From: Eubacteriales bacterium
GTDB taxonomy: Bacteria > Bacillota > Clostridia > Oscillospirales > CAG-272
DNA length: 64,000 nucleotides
NCBI GenBank assembly: GCA_045593885.1
Contig: JAZNXN010000034.1
Coordinates: forward strand, 10,692 to 74,691
Direction: 5' to 3'
The notes beneath the pieces were generated by a model, which did no database searches, was not told where the DNA came from, and saw only the letters and a list, made by a program, of their open reading frames with translations. Made by a program: the position numbers and the translations under genes. This document shows, piece by piece, positions 30,532 to 41,064 of this stretch (position 1 is the stretch's first letter; each line of letters starts with the position of its first letter).

Positions 30532-32160
30532 ATGAATTTAAGTCCGATGATTTCATATTTTTTCGGTATAATAGCGGCGCTGCCCCTCTGCTTTGACAGT
30601 ATAGGAGTGCTGATATTCTTTTCCTTTATCCCTATGCTTTACCTCATGATGTCCGAGAGGATAAAGGGCAGCTGTGACACTCAAGCACCCCGACACCCCT
30701 ATGCAAAAAGCTATGGCAATGGAGCTTTGTTCTTCCTCGGCTATTACATGGGTGCTTATTTCTGGTTCTGGTCTATGTACCCTCTGGATTTTGCCGGCTT
30801 TTCCGAGAGCGAGGCGCTGGTAGTTATACTGTTTGCGTGGATAGGTCTTCCTCTGTTTCAGGCACTGACCTACGCGCTGATATTTCCCCTGTACCGATTC
30901 TTTACCCGCCGTTCAGGCGAGGGGGTGTGGGCAATACTCTGCTTCTCCTCCCTGTTCGTTATATTCGGATATTTGCAGACTCTCACCTGGGCAGGTGTTC
31001 CTTGGGCTCCGCCCTCAATCGCGCTATACCGCGCCCGTATATTCTTGCAGAGCGCATCGGTTTTCGGCTCACTCTTTACCGATTTTATTATCATCACCGT
31101 AAATCTGCTGATTGCGCGTGCGCTGATTGCGTTCAGGCGGCAGTTTGACCTTGACGGCGCGTGCAGGCTGCTCGTCGGCGCGCTTGCGCTGTTTCTTGTG
31201 AATACGCTCTTCGGCGGAATTGTGATGCTGATACCCAACAACACCGACACCCCTGTGAAAATAGCCGTTCTTCAGGGTAACATTTCCTCGACGGAAAAAT
31301 GGGGCGGCTACGATGCTCCGCTTGAGGTTTACTGCGAAATGGCAGAGGAGGTTGCAAGAGAGCACTCGCCCGACATAATCGTTATGCCCGAAACGACACT
31401 GGTCAACACGATACGCAAGGGCTCTTATTACGAGAGAGAATTCACTCGTCTTGCGAAGGAAACGGGTGCAGAGATACTCGTCAGTGCCTTTTACGATGAC
31501 TATGAAGCGGATAAATATTATACCTCTATATATCTTTTCTCGCCCGAAACCGGGATGAGCGAGATTGTTTACAGTAAGCAAAAGCTGGTCCCCTTCGGCG
31601 AATTTGTGCCGATGAAGGAGATAATTGAGGCAATAGCCCCGCCCCTTGCCGATTTGACCATGGCGGTGTCAGAGATAGATGCAGGCGAGAGCTCCCGCCC
31701 CTTGCCGTCGGCGTTTGGTGGAATTGGCGGTCAGCTATGCTTTGATACCATATATTCAACGGTGGTAATTGACGAGGTGCGCGAGGGTGCAGGCCTTATC
31801 GTAGTCGGAACTAACGATTCCTGGTTTGGCGACAGCAGAGCTATATATCAGCACCACGCACATTCGGTGCTTCGCGCGATTGAGAGTGGCAGATGCTTTG
31901 CCGTCAGCGCGAACACGGGCATTTCCGCGTTAATTACGGACGAGGGAAAAATACTCGGCGAAACCGCGCCGCTTGAGCGCGACAGCGTAACCGACACCCT
32001 TTATATGCAGTCGGGAAAAACTCTCTATTCAACCGTCGGGGATATATTCGTCTTATTTGCTCTGATTTACGTTGTGGGCTTTGTTTTCAGGGCACAGCTG
32101 CTCACCTTATCGAAGACGGTGCTGAACAAAATCAGAAAAAACGGTGTTGCAAAGGATTAA
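30532..32160 (+). CDS. lnt: Apolipoprotein N-acyltransferase
   Basis: TM N-terminus, GVPW, QGNI, MPET, KQKLVPFGE, LCFD, TNDSWFG and RAIE motifs. Confidence 0.88.
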   Translation: MNLSPMISYFFGIIAALPLCFDSIGVLIFFSFIPMLYLMMSERIKGSCDTQAPRHPYAKSYGNGALFFLGYYMGAYFWFWSMYPLDFAGFSESEALVVILFAWIGLPLFQALTYALIFPLYRFFTRRSGEGVWAILCFSSLFVIFGYLQTLTWAGVPWAPPSIALYRARIFLQSASVFGSLFTDFIIITVNLLIARALIAFRRQFDLDGACRLLVGALALFLVNTLFGGIVMLIPNNTDTPVKIAVLQGNISSTEKWGGYDAPLEVYCEMAEEVAREHSPDIIVMPETTLVNTIRKGSYYEREFTRLAKETGAEILVSAFYDDYEADKYYTSIYLFSPETGMSEIVYSKQKLVPFGEFVPMKEIIEAIAPPLADLTMAVSEIDAGESSRPLPSAFGGIGGQLCFDTIYSTVVIDEVREGAGLIVVGTNDSWFGDSRAIYQHHAHSVLRAIESGRCFAVSANTGISALITDEGKILGETAPLERDSVTDTLYMQSGKTLYSTVGDIFVLFALIYVVGFVFRAQLLTLSKTVLNKIRKNGVAKD

Positions 32161-32213
32161 ATTGTATGGTAAAATGTTATACATAACACGAAAAATGTAC
32201 AGGAGGCTTTGAT

Positions 32214-32801
32214 ATGTTTGGGAAATACATGTTGGTATTTTTTATGTCAATGCTGCCGATAGTCGAGCTGCGCGGAGCGATTCCCGTGGGTGCGGCTACC
32301 GGGCTTGATATAATCCCAACCTTCCTTTTGAGTGTGGTAGGAAATTTTCTGCCCGTTCCGTTCATTCTTCTTTTCATTCGCAAGATTCTTTCCTGGATGA
32401 AAACCACCAAGACCTTTGCCAAAATTGCGCTCTGGGTGGAAAAGAAGGCGAATAAAAACAAGCACAAAATAGTTGGCACGCAGAACAGTGCCGCAGAGGA
32501 TGAGATCTCGGAGAATACGGAGCATCCCGTGATAAACGGTGAGTCCACCGATACCGACGAGGCGGCAAAGGTAAAGAAAAAACGCTCTATTATGAAAAGT
32601 GCGGCGGTTGCACTTTGCATATTCGTCGCAGTACCTCTGCCCGGTACGGGTGCGTGGACGGGCGCGCTCATTGCGTCGCTTGTCGATATGAGAATGAAAT
32701 ATGCTCTGCCCGCAATTTTCCTCGGAGTCGTGATAGCGGGCCTGATAATGTCGCTCGCCTCCTTCGGCGTCGTTGGATTCCTCAATTTCTTAGCGAGCTG
32801 A
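32214..32801 (+). CDS. Small multidrug export-like membrane protein (COG2426-like)
   Basis: SMLPIVELRGAIP and FVAVPLPGTGAWTG motifs. Confidence 0.85.
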   Translation: MFGKYMLVFFMSMLPIVELRGAIPVGAATGLDIIPTFLLSVVGNFLPVPFILLFIRKILSWMKTTKTFAKIALWVEKKANKNKHKIVGTQNSAAEDEISENTEHPVINGESTDTDEAAKVKKKRSIMKSAAVALCIFVAVPLPGTGAWTGALIASLVDMRMKYALPAIFLGVVIAGLIMSLASFGVVGFLNFLAS

Positions 32802-32858
32802 CAACACAATAGACGCCCCATGACAATTCATCGGGGCTCTCTTTTTTCGGTGGGTAAT

Positions 32859-34235
32859 ATGGATAAAATTAGGAAAAATGAGCGCTTCGAGCTCGAAATA
32901 ACCGATATAAACAACCTCGGCTTTGGTGTCGGACGGCACAAGGGGACGGTTGTTTTTGTTGCGCGCACCGCACGCGGTGACGTAATTGAGGCGAAGGCGG
33001 TCAAGGTTGCCTCATCCTATGCAGTTGCTATCTGCGAGCGAATAATTACCCCTTCCCCCTATCGCATTTCGGATGGCTGTCAGCGCAAGGGGTGCGGCGG
33101 ATGCGCCTATCAGCATATATCCTATGAGGAGGAAAAAAGGCTGAAGGAGAGCTACGTCAGGCATGCGTTTATCAAGGCGGGCGTGGATGCAAGAATTATG
33201 CCCCTGACCTCAAACGGTGAAATGTGCGGCTACCGTAACAAAGCCGAATACCCGATAGCGAAAACAAAGGACGGCTATGCCGTCGGATTCTACGCACCGA
33301 AAAGTCACAGAGTGGTTGAGTGTGAGGACTGCTCGCTTCAGCCCAAGATATTTTCGGATATAATTGATTTTCTCAAGGATGAATTTTCCCGCTATGCCCT
33401 CACGGTCTACGACGAGAAGAACGGCAAGGGACTTTTGCGCCATATATACCTGCGCCGAGCGAGCACAGGGGATATTGCGCTTACGCTGGTCGTTACCGAG
33501 GAATTTAAGGAGCAGACCGAGCTTTGCCGCCGCGTGTGCGAGAGGTTCGGCGAAATCAAAAATTTTGCGCTGAATATCAATTCAGAAAAAACCAACGTCA
33601 TATGCTCGGACAGGTATGTAAACCTTTTCGGCAAGGGCTATATAACCGACACTCTTTCAGGTGTTAAGCTCAACATTACCCCTGCATCCTTCTATCAGGT
33701 TAACCACGGCATGACCGAGCTTTTGTACGCCAAGGCGCGGGAGCTGGCAAGGCTTGATAAGGATATGACCGTATGCGATTTGTACTGCGGAATCGGCAGT
33801 ATAGGTCTTTCGATGGCGAAGGAATGTCGAAGACTTGTAGGAATTGAAATAATTGAAAGTGCGGTTGAATGTGCAAAAGAAAATGCACGGCAGAACGGAG
33901 TTGACAACGCAGAATTTTTTGCTGGTGACGCGTCGAACACCGAGAGCTTTTTTGCCTCGGTAAAAACCGAGAACGGCGAGCCGTTTTTGCCCGACGTTAT
34001 CCTGCTTGACCCCCCTCGCAAGGGATGCACCCCCGCGCTTATCGAATATATTGCAAAAAGCTTGAAAACCGATAGGGTGGTTTACATTTCCTGCAACCCC
34101 GACACCCTTGCCCGCGACGCTCGGCTCTTCGCCGACCTCGGCTATACCGTCGGCGACGTCTATCCGTTTGATTTATTTCCAAGAACAGGGCATGTCGAAA
34201 GTGTTGTTTGTCTGACTAAAAAAGCATTTCAATAA
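32859..34235 (+). CDS. rlmD: 23S rRNA (uracil-5-)-methyltransferase
   Basis: TRAM domain, CGGC, SFYQVN, DLYCGIG, DPPRKG, YISCNP and HVE motifs. Confidence 0.92.
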   Translation: MDKIRKNERFELEITDINNLGFGVGRHKGTVVFVARTARGDVIEAKAVKVASSYAVAICERIITPSPYRISDGCQRKGCGGCAYQHISYEEEKRLKESYVRHAFIKAGVDARIMPLTSNGEMCGYRNKAEYPIAKTKDGYAVGFYAPKSHRVVECEDCSLQPKIFSDIIDFLKDEFSRYALTVYDEKNGKGLLRHIYLRRASTGDIALTLVVTEEFKEQTELCRRVCERFGEIKNFALNINSEKTNVICSDRYVNLFGKGYITDTLSGVKLNITPASFYQVNHGMTELLYAKARELARLDKDMTVCDLYCGIGSIGLSMAKECRRLVGIEIIESAVECAKENARQNGVDNAEFFAGDASNTESFFASVKTENGEPFLPDVILLDPPRKGCTPALIEYIAKSLKTDRVVYISCNPDTLARDARLFADLGYTVGDVYPFDLFPRTGHVESVVCLTKKAFQ

Positions 34236-34267
34236 CGTTAATACGGTACAAAAAGGTTGCTATAAAG

Positions 34268-35071
34268 ATGAAATACAAATTTGACCACGATTATCATATA
34301 CATTCCACTCTGTCAAGGTGCTCGGCGGACCCCGAGCAGAGTGACGAAAGAATTCTTCGGTATGCAAGAGATAACGGACTGACAGAGATTTGCCTTACCG
34401 ACCACTATTGGGACAGTGCGGTGCCCTGTGATTTCTATTGGTATCAGCCGCAAAATTTCGAGCACATAGCAAAGGCTCTTCCTCTGCCGAAGGCGGAGGG
34501 AGTACGCTTTATGTTCGGCTGTGAGACCGATATAAATAAAGAGCTGCTGCTCGGCACCGTACCCGAAAGGTTTGATAGCTTTGATTTTATAGTTGTGCCG
34601 ACAACCCACCTTCATATGACTAATTTCACCATTCGCGAAGAAGATAAAAAGAGCTGCGAGATACGCGCAAGGCTATGGGCTTCACGCCTCGATGCGCTAC
34701 TGTCAATGAAGCTACCGTTTAACAAAATCGGCATCGCACATCTTGCCTGCTCTCTTATCAATAACAATTCAAGAGAGGAATACCTCAAGACCCTCTCGCT
34801 CATTCCAACCGAGGAGATGGAAAGGCTGTTCGCAAGAGCCGCCGAGCTCGGCTGCGGAATAGAATTAAATCGCGACGATATGAGCTTTGCTGATAGCGAG
34901 GCGGATACAATTCTTCGCCCCTTCCGCATAGCGAAGGCGGCGGGGTGTAAATTCTACCTTGGAAGCGATGCTCATCATCCAAAGGATTTTGAAAACGCAA
35001 AGGCGGTGTTTGAAAGAGCGATAAATCTGCTCGACTTGAAGGAAAGCGACAAGTTCCATATAGGCGAGTGA
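34268..35071 (+). CDS. PHP-domain phosphoesterase
   Basis: DYHIHS, LTDH and GSDAH metal-binding motifs. Confidence 0.85.
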   Translation: MKYKFDHDYHIHSTLSRCSADPEQSDERILRYARDNGLTEICLTDHYWDSAVPCDFYWYQPQNFEHIAKALPLPKAEGVRFMFGCETDINKELLLGTVPERFDSFDFIVVPTTHLHMTNFTIREEDKKSCEIRARLWASRLDALLSMKLPFNKIGIAHLACSLINNNSREEYLKTLSLIPTEEMERLFARAAELGCGIELNRDDMSFADSEADTILRPFRIAKAAGCKFYLGSDAHHPKDFENAKAVFERAINLLDLKESDKFHIGE

Positions 35072-35190
35072 CGGTTTCCATATTTTAGCAGATAAGGGAA
35101 TTATCTATTGACATAATGGGCATAATTTGATATACTGAAATACAGACATTTCGGGCGCGTGCGCACCGCCCGGCATATCGGAGGTACAAT

Positions 35191-36882
35191 ATGAACAACA
35201 AAAATTATCCTCTTTACGAGGTCGAGCGTGTCGAAAGCATAAAGGAGATAATGGAGATAGCAATACGCGATGCGGCGGATAAGATTGCCTTCCGCTTCAA
35301 GCAAGGTGATGACGTAAAGGACGTAACCTACGCCGAATTTGACCGAGAGGTCAAGAGCCTCGGTACCGCGCTCGCAGATATGGGCTTTGGCAGCTCGCAT
35401 ATCGCTATGCTCGGTGAAAACAGCTACGGCTGGATAGTCACATATCTCACCGTTCTGCAGAGCGAGGGCGTTTTCGTGCCCATTGACAAGGATATGCCCG
35501 ATGCGGATAAATTCAACGTTATAAACGATAGCGACAGTTCAGTGCTTTTCTATACCGAAAAGTATGAAAAGCTACTCATGGACAACGCGGATAAAATGCC
35601 GAATATCAAGTATTTCATCGGTATCGAGCGCGAGACTGATGCGGGAAAATTCCTATCCTGCAAGGCGCTTACAGATAAGGGGGCGGCTCTGCTCGACAGC
35701 GGTAACACCGCATACCTTGATATGAAATCCGACCCACGTGCGCTCAAGCTGCTCGTATATACCTCGGGAACTACCGGACGCAGCAAGGGTGTTATGCTTT
35801 GCGAGGAGAACCTCGTCAGCGTTGTTTACTACGGACTCCAGGTATCCAGGGTTTACGACACCTGTCTTTCGGTTCTGCCCTACCACCACACCTACGAGGC
35901 AGTTGCGGGAATACTCGTCTCCCTGCATAACCACTCTACCGTCTGCATAAACGAGAACCTCAAAACCGTTCTCAAGAACATACAGCTATATAAGCCCGAC
36001 TACATCTATCTCGTTCCAGCGTTTGCAGAGAAATTCTACAAAAAGATTTGGGATACTGCGGCGCAGAAGGGAATCGCCCTGAAGCTGAAGGCAGGCATCA
36101 AGGCATCTGATGCAATGAGAAAGCTCGGCATTGATAAAAGGCGCAGTCTGTTTGCCGACATACATGAAACATTCGGCGGAAACCTCAAAAAAATCGTGTG
36201 CGGCGGCGCTCCTATCAATGCAAAGATAGGTAAGTTCTTTGACAGCATCGGCATTGATTTGATAAACGGCTACGGAATTACCGAATGTTCGCCTCTGGTC
36301 AGCGCGAATCGCGACGAATTCAACAATCCCGCAACCGTCGGAACACCTCTTCCCTGCTGCGAGATAAAATTCGAGGACATCAGCGCAGAGGGCAACGGCG
36401 AGATATGCGTTAAGGGTCCTACCGTTATGCTCGGTTATTACAAGCAGCCCGAGATGACCGCCGAGGTGCTCGACGGTGAGGGTTGGTTCAGGACTGGCGA
36501 CTACGGAAGAATGAATGCCAAGGGGCAGCTCATAATTACGGGTAGAAAGAAAAACATTATCGTTCTTGATAACGGAAAGAACATCTATCCTGAGGAGCTT
36601 GAGGACATCATCGGCGCAATTCCCTACGTTGAGGAGGTTGTCGTATTCGGAATAACCACCGACGGTGCAGAGAGAAGCCTCGGAGCTGAGGTATACCTCA
36701 ACGATGAGAAGATTAAGGAGATGGGTATTGATTCGCCTGAGGCACAGGTAAGGCGCGACGTTCAGAGAGCACTATTCCTTCTCCCCGCATATAAGCACGT
36801 ATCGAGAGTGTACGTCCGTGCATTCCCGTTTGAAAAGACCACAACGAACAAAATCAAGCGTTCAAGCGTAATTCACAAATGA
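35191..36882 (+). CDS. Long-chain fatty acid--CoA ligase (AMP-binding)
   Basis: YTSGTTGRSKGVML, GYGITECSP, FRTGDYG and NGKNIYPEE motifs. Confidence 0.9.
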   Translation: MNNKNYPLYEVERVESIKEIMEIAIRDAADKIAFRFKQGDDVKDVTYAEFDREVKSLGTALADMGFGSSHIAMLGENSYGWIVTYLTVLQSEGVFVPIDKDMPDADKFNVINDSDSSVLFYTEKYEKLLMDNADKMPNIKYFIGIERETDAGKFLSCKALTDKGAALLDSGNTAYLDMKSDPRALKLLVYTSGTTGRSKGVMLCEENLVSVVYYGLQVSRVYDTCLSVLPYHHTYEAVAGILVSLHNHSTVCINENLKTVLKNIQLYKPDYIYLVPAFAEKFYKKIWDTAAQKGIALKLKAGIKASDAMRKLGIDKRRSLFADIHETFGGNLKKIVCGGAPINAKIGKFFDSIGIDLINGYGITECSPLVSANRDEFNNPATVGTPLPCCEIKFEDISAEGNGEICVKGPTVMLGYYKQPEMTAEVLDGEGWFRTGDYGRMNAKGQLIITGRKKNIIVLDNGKNIYPEELEDIIGAIPYVEEVVVFGITTDGAERSLGAEVYLNDEKIKEMGIDSPEAQVRRDVQRALFLLPAYKHVSRVYVRAFPFEKTTTNKIKRSSVIHK

Positions 36883-37346
36883 GAGATAAAACCTGTTGCT
36901 TCACAGGACACAGAGATATATCAAAAAACGAGCTTTTACCCCTGAAAAATCGCCTGAAGCAAACGTTGCGTGACCTCATTGAAAAGGACGGAATCGTTTA
37001 TTTCGGATACGGCGGAGCGCTCGGCTTCGATATGCTCGCCGCTGAGTGCGTTTTGGAGTTGAAAAGCGAATTTGAGCAAATACGCCTGATACTCGTAGCC
37101 CCCTGCGCCGACCAGTGCAAGAGGTGGTCGCAGGGCGATATTGCTCGCTACGAAAGCCTTAAGGCAAGCACAGACAAAGCGGTATGTCTGTCCGAAAAAT
37201 ACTACAACGGATGTATGCAGAAAAGAAACCGCTACCTCGTCGACAACAGCTCTGTATGCGTATGCTATCTGAGAAAAAGCTCGGGTGGCACTGCATACAC
37301 GGTGAGGTATGCAAGGGACAACGGCGTGCGGATTTTTGAGCTATAA
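36879..37346 (+). CDS. SLOG/DUF1273 (YpsA-like) protein
   Basis: CCFTGHR, GGALGFD, RNRYLVD and GGTAYTV motifs. Confidence 0.85.
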   Translation: MRDKTCCFTGHRDISKNELLPLKNRLKQTLRDLIEKDGIVYFGYGGALGFDMLAAECVLELKSEFEQIRLILVAPCADQCKRWSQGDIARYESLKASTDKAVCLSEKYYNGCMQKRNRYLVDNSSVCVCYLRKSSGGTAYTVRYARDNGVRIFEL

Positions 37347-37436
37347 GAAAAAGTTTTGTCAAAAAGGCAAAAAATATTGACATAATTATTTTAATATGAT
37401 AAAATTATATATCATAAGTCAAAAGGAGATTTTGAG

Positions 37437-37583
37437 ATGAACAGAATTAAGACTATAAAGACAAGAGATATTGCAGGCTCTGTTAAGAACGGCGGCTGTG
37501 GCGAGTGCCAGACCTCCTGCCAGTGCGCGTGCAAGACCTCTTGCGGCGTTGCTAATCAGCAGTGCGAGAACGACAATAAGTAA
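37437..37583 (+). CDS. scfA: SCIFF ranthipeptide precursor (48 aa, not in ORF track)
   Basis: MNRIKTIKTRDIAGSVKNGGCGECQTSCQCACKTSCGVANQQCENDNK; RBS AAGGAG; upstream of the radical SAM maturase. Confidence 0.93.
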   Translation: MNRIKTIKTRDIAGSVKNGGCGECQTSCQCACKTSCGVANQQCENDNK

Positions 37584-37654
37584 TTTGTTCACAAGACGCT
37601 GCCTTCACGGGCAGCGTTTTAATTTGCATAAGGCTTGACTGAAAGGTAATATAA

Positions 37655-39028
37655 ATGGTACATCAGTATAAATTAAACGGATACAATATAGTGCTTGATA
37701 CCGCGAGCGGCTCGGTGCATACAGTTGACGAGGTGGCGTACGATATAATCGCTATGTACAAGGATAAGAGTGAGGATGAAATCGTTGAGAAAATTCTATC
37801 AAAATACTCATCCGCGCCCGACGTTACAGAGGAAGAAATCCGTCTGTGCATCGATGACATTCGCGAGCTCGAACGCGAGAAAAAGCTTTTTTCCGAGGAC
37901 CCGTACGAGAAGCTGGCGTATGAATATAAGAACAATTCCAATGTAATAAAGGCGCTCTGTCTTCATATCGCTCACTCGTGCAACCTCAACTGTTCATATT
38001 GCTTTGCAAGCCAGGGCAAGTATCAGGGCGAGCGCGCTCTTATGAGCCTTGAGGTAGGAAAACGCGCATTTGATTTTCTTATCGAGAACTCGGGCAAAAG
38101 AAAAAACCTTGAGGTAGATTTCTTCGGTGGCGAGCCTCTTATGAACTGGGAGGTTGTCAAGGAGCTGGTAAAATATGCCCGCTCGATTGAGAAGGAAAAG
38201 GGCAAGAATTTCCGTTTTACCCTCACAACCAACGGCGTTTTAATAGACGACGAGGTTATTGATTTTGTCAATAAGGAAATGTCAAACGTTGTGCTCAGCC
38301 TTGACGGCAGACGAGAGATACACGACCATTTCCGCAAGGATTATGCCGGAAAGGGAAGCTACGACACAATAGTTCCGAAATTCAAGAGACTGGTTGAGAA
38401 GCGCAATGGCAAAAATTACTATATGCGCGGTACCTTCACTCACAACAACGTTGATTTCACAAACGATTTGTTCCATATGGCTGACCTCGGTTTTACCGAG
38501 CTTAGTATGGAGCCCGTCGTTTGCCCGCCCGGTGACCCGTATGCGCTGGTTGACGAGGATTTGCCCCTGCTTTTCGAGCAGTACGAGCTTCTCGCTACCG
38601 AAATGCTCAAGCGTAAAAAGGAGGGAAGGCCGATAACCTTCTACCACTACATGCTCAATCTGGAAAACGGTCCCTGCATCTATAAGAGGATAACAGGATG
38701 CGGCTCGGGAACGGAATATATGGCGGTAACCCCCTGGGGCGAGCTTTACCCCTGCCATCAGTTTGTAGGTGATGAAAAATACAAGCTCGGCGACATCTGG
38801 AAGGGTGTGACCAACACAAGCGCTCAGGATGAATTCCGCCAATGCAACGCATACGCGCGCCCCGAATGTAAGGAATGCTGGGCGAGAATGTACTGCTCGG
38901 GCGGATGCGCGGCAAACGCATATCACGCAACCGGTAACATTGGCGGCATTTACGAATACGGATGCAAGCTGTTCAAAAAGAGAATTGAGTGCGCTATTAT
39001 GATGCAGGTCGCAGAGGCGGAGGAATGA
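37655..39028 (+). CDS. scfB: SCIFF radical SAM/SPASM maturase
   Basis: CNLNCSYC, DFFGGEP and SPASM Cys motifs (GCGSG, YPCHQF, CKECWARMYCSGGC). Confidence 0.93.
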   Translation: MVHQYKLNGYNIVLDTASGSVHTVDEVAYDIIAMYKDKSEDEIVEKILSKYSSAPDVTEEEIRLCIDDIRELEREKKLFSEDPYEKLAYEYKNNSNVIKALCLHIAHSCNLNCSYCFASQGKYQGERALMSLEVGKRAFDFLIENSGKRKNLEVDFFGGEPLMNWEVVKELVKYARSIEKEKGKNFRFTLTTNGVLIDDEVIDFVNKEMSNVVLSLDGRREIHDHFRKDYAGKGSYDTIVPKFKRLVEKRNGKNYYMRGTFTHNNVDFTNDLFHMADLGFTELSMEPVVCPPGDPYALVDEDLPLLFEQYELLATEMLKRKKEGRPITFYHYMLNLENGPCIYKRITGCGSGTEYMAVTPWGELYPCHQFVGDEKYKLGDIWKGVTNTSAQDEFRQCNAYARPECKECWARMYCSGGCAANAYHATGNIGGIYEYGCKLFKKRIECAIMMQVAEAEE

Positions 39029-40365
39029 TGACTACCCCGATTCTTGATTTTGTGAGGGAATATGCAAAAAGCGATATAACCCGCTTTCATATGCCCGGTC
39101 ACAAGGGGGCAGGCGTTATTGGATGCGAGACTCTCGACATTACCGAAATATCGGGGGCTGACGAGCTGTTCGCGCCCGACGGTATCATAAAGGAGAGCGA
39201 GAAAAACGCATCAAGGCTGTTTGGCAGCCTGAAAACTCTCTACTCAACCGAGGGCTCTACACTCGCTATAAAGGCGATGCTCGCAATCGCAATATCCGAC
39301 ACCCCACGAAAAGAAAAGCCCCTCGTTTTAGCGGCAAGAAACGCGCACAAGGCGTTTTTGTACGCGGCGGCACTGCTTGATTTTGACATAGAATGGCTCT
39401 ATCCAGATAGCTTTTCACATCTCTGCTCGTGCGCGATTACGAAGGGTGCGGTTGAAAAGAAGCTGGATTCTATGCATCGAAAGCCGACGGCGGTTTACAT
39501 AACCTCGCCCGATTACCTTGGGGGAATGTGTGACATAATGGGAATTTCAGAGGCTTGTCATGCTCACGGTGTAAGGCTTTTGGTTGATAACGCACACGGT
39601 GCGTATCTTGCGTTTCTTCAAGACTCTCACCACCCGATAGCTCTCGGCGCGGATATGTGTTGCGATTCCGCACACAAAACCCTATCTGTTCTCACAGGGG
39701 GTGCCTATCTTCACATATCCAAAGCTGTCGCGCATCTTGCTGATTCAGCGAAGGATAAAATGGCTCTGTTCGCGTCGACAAGCCCCTCTTACCTAACGCT
39801 TTGCTCGCTCGACGCTTGCAACGCATATCTTGACACCGTTTACCGTGAAAGGCTAACTTACGCTATTGAGTGCCTTGACAAAATAAAGCTTTTGGCGAAG
39901 GGACGCGGCATCCCCGTCCTTGACTGTGAGCCCCTCAAGCTCGTATTTCAGGTCGCAAAATGCGGATACACGAGAGATAGCTTCCGCGCGCTTCTGCGCG
40001 AGGCGAAAATAGAGGCAGAGTTTGTTGACGGCGATTATGCCGTTTTAATGGTGAATGAGAAAAACTCCGACAGAGATTTTTCCCGACTTGAAAACCTTGT
40101 TGCAACGATACCACTACTACCCGCGAAAACGCGCATCATACCAAACGCATCACACCCTGTGCGTAAAATGAGCGTAAGAGAAGCAATTTTTTCACCGAGC
40201 GAAAGGGTGTCCGTTGAAAACGCCGTGGGCAGAATATGTGCATCCCCTACGGTTTCCTGCCCCCCTGCTATACCCCCGATTATGAGCGGAGAGCTTATAG
40301 ACGACAGCACCGCTTCCCTGTTTCGTCATTTCGGTATAGATAGCGTATTAGTTGTACAGCAATAA
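39025..40365 (+). CDS. PLP-dependent Orn/Lys/Arg decarboxylase family protein
   Basis: FHMPGHKG, RNAHKA, DNAHG, SAHKT and STSPSY motifs. Confidence 0.88.
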   Translation: MMTTPILDFVREYAKSDITRFHMPGHKGAGVIGCETLDITEISGADELFAPDGIIKESEKNASRLFGSLKTLYSTEGSTLAIKAMLAIAISDTPRKEKPLVLAARNAHKAFLYAAALLDFDIEWLYPDSFSHLCSCAITKGAVEKKLDSMHRKPTAVYITSPDYLGGMCDIMGISEACHAHGVRLLVDNAHGAYLAFLQDSHHPIALGADMCCDSAHKTLSVLTGGAYLHISKAVAHLADSAKDKMALFASTSPSYLTLCSLDACNAYLDTVYRERLTYAIECLDKIKLLAKGRGIPVLDCEPLKLVFQVAKCGYTRDSFRALLREAKIEAEFVDGDYAVLMVNEKNSDRDFSRLENLVATIPLLPAKTRIIPNASHPVRKMSVREAIFSPSERVSVENAVGRICASPTVSCPPAIPPIMSGELIDDSTASLFRHFGIDSVLVVQQ

Positions 40366-40393
40366 AAAAGGGTCGGCAGAGCCGACCCTTAAT

Positions 40394-40978
40394 TTATGCT
40401 TTTTTCCTTATATTCAAAAGACGTACCGTTACGGGCGAGAGCAGAATGTTCGAGCCAAGCTCAAACAGGAAATTGCCGCCTACAAGACCAAGGAACATAT
40501 AAGCGACCACACTATACCCTTCGGCTGCGCCCCATGCAGCCACCGTGTCGAGAAAGAATACCGAGCATCCGAGCAAAAATATTCCCGTGTTGACCAGCGG
40601 ACATATCACCGCCGCCGCCACAACCGCAAGATAGCGGTTATATTTCTCAAGCAGCTTGTAAATCACGCCTGCCGCAAGCCCGCAGCACACGCCCTTCAAA
40701 AGAACCGTAACTACCGTTCCGGGTATGCTGATTGCGAGAAAGGCAGCCGCATCACCGCTTATCAATACTACTGCGCCGAACACGAGTCCGAGCCACGCTC
40801 CAACCCCAATTCCGCAGGTCGCCGCCCCAATAACTATCGGTATCAGCACCAAAGAAATCGAGAAGGGGCCGAGTCGAATAAACGAGCCCATAAATTGCAG
40901 TATAACTACAAGCGCCGTCATTATCGCTCCAAGCGCTAAGGTCTCGGTCGACATTTTCCTTCTGTTTTTTGCTTCCAT
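40394..40978 (-). CDS. ECF transporter S component (possibly pantothenate, PanT-like)
   Basis: Hydrophobic S-component pattern (IPIVIGA, PLVNT); downstream of coaX. Confidence 0.7.
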   Translation of the reverse strand: MEAKNRRKMSTETLALGAIMTALVVILQFMGSFIRLGPFSISLVLIPIVIGAATCGIGVGAWLGLVFGAVVLISGDAAAFLAISIPGTVVTVLLKGVCCGLAAGVIYKLLEKYNRYLAVVAAAVICPLVNTGIFLLGCSVFFLDTVAAWGAAEGYSVVAYMFLGLVGGNFLFELGSNILLSPVTVRLLNIRKKA

Positions 40979-41064
40979 AAAAATCCTCCTTGCTGTCGTC
41001 CGCTTATGCGGTACAACGCATATAAATTTATATTATCTCCAAATGGAGCAATATACATAAATAT

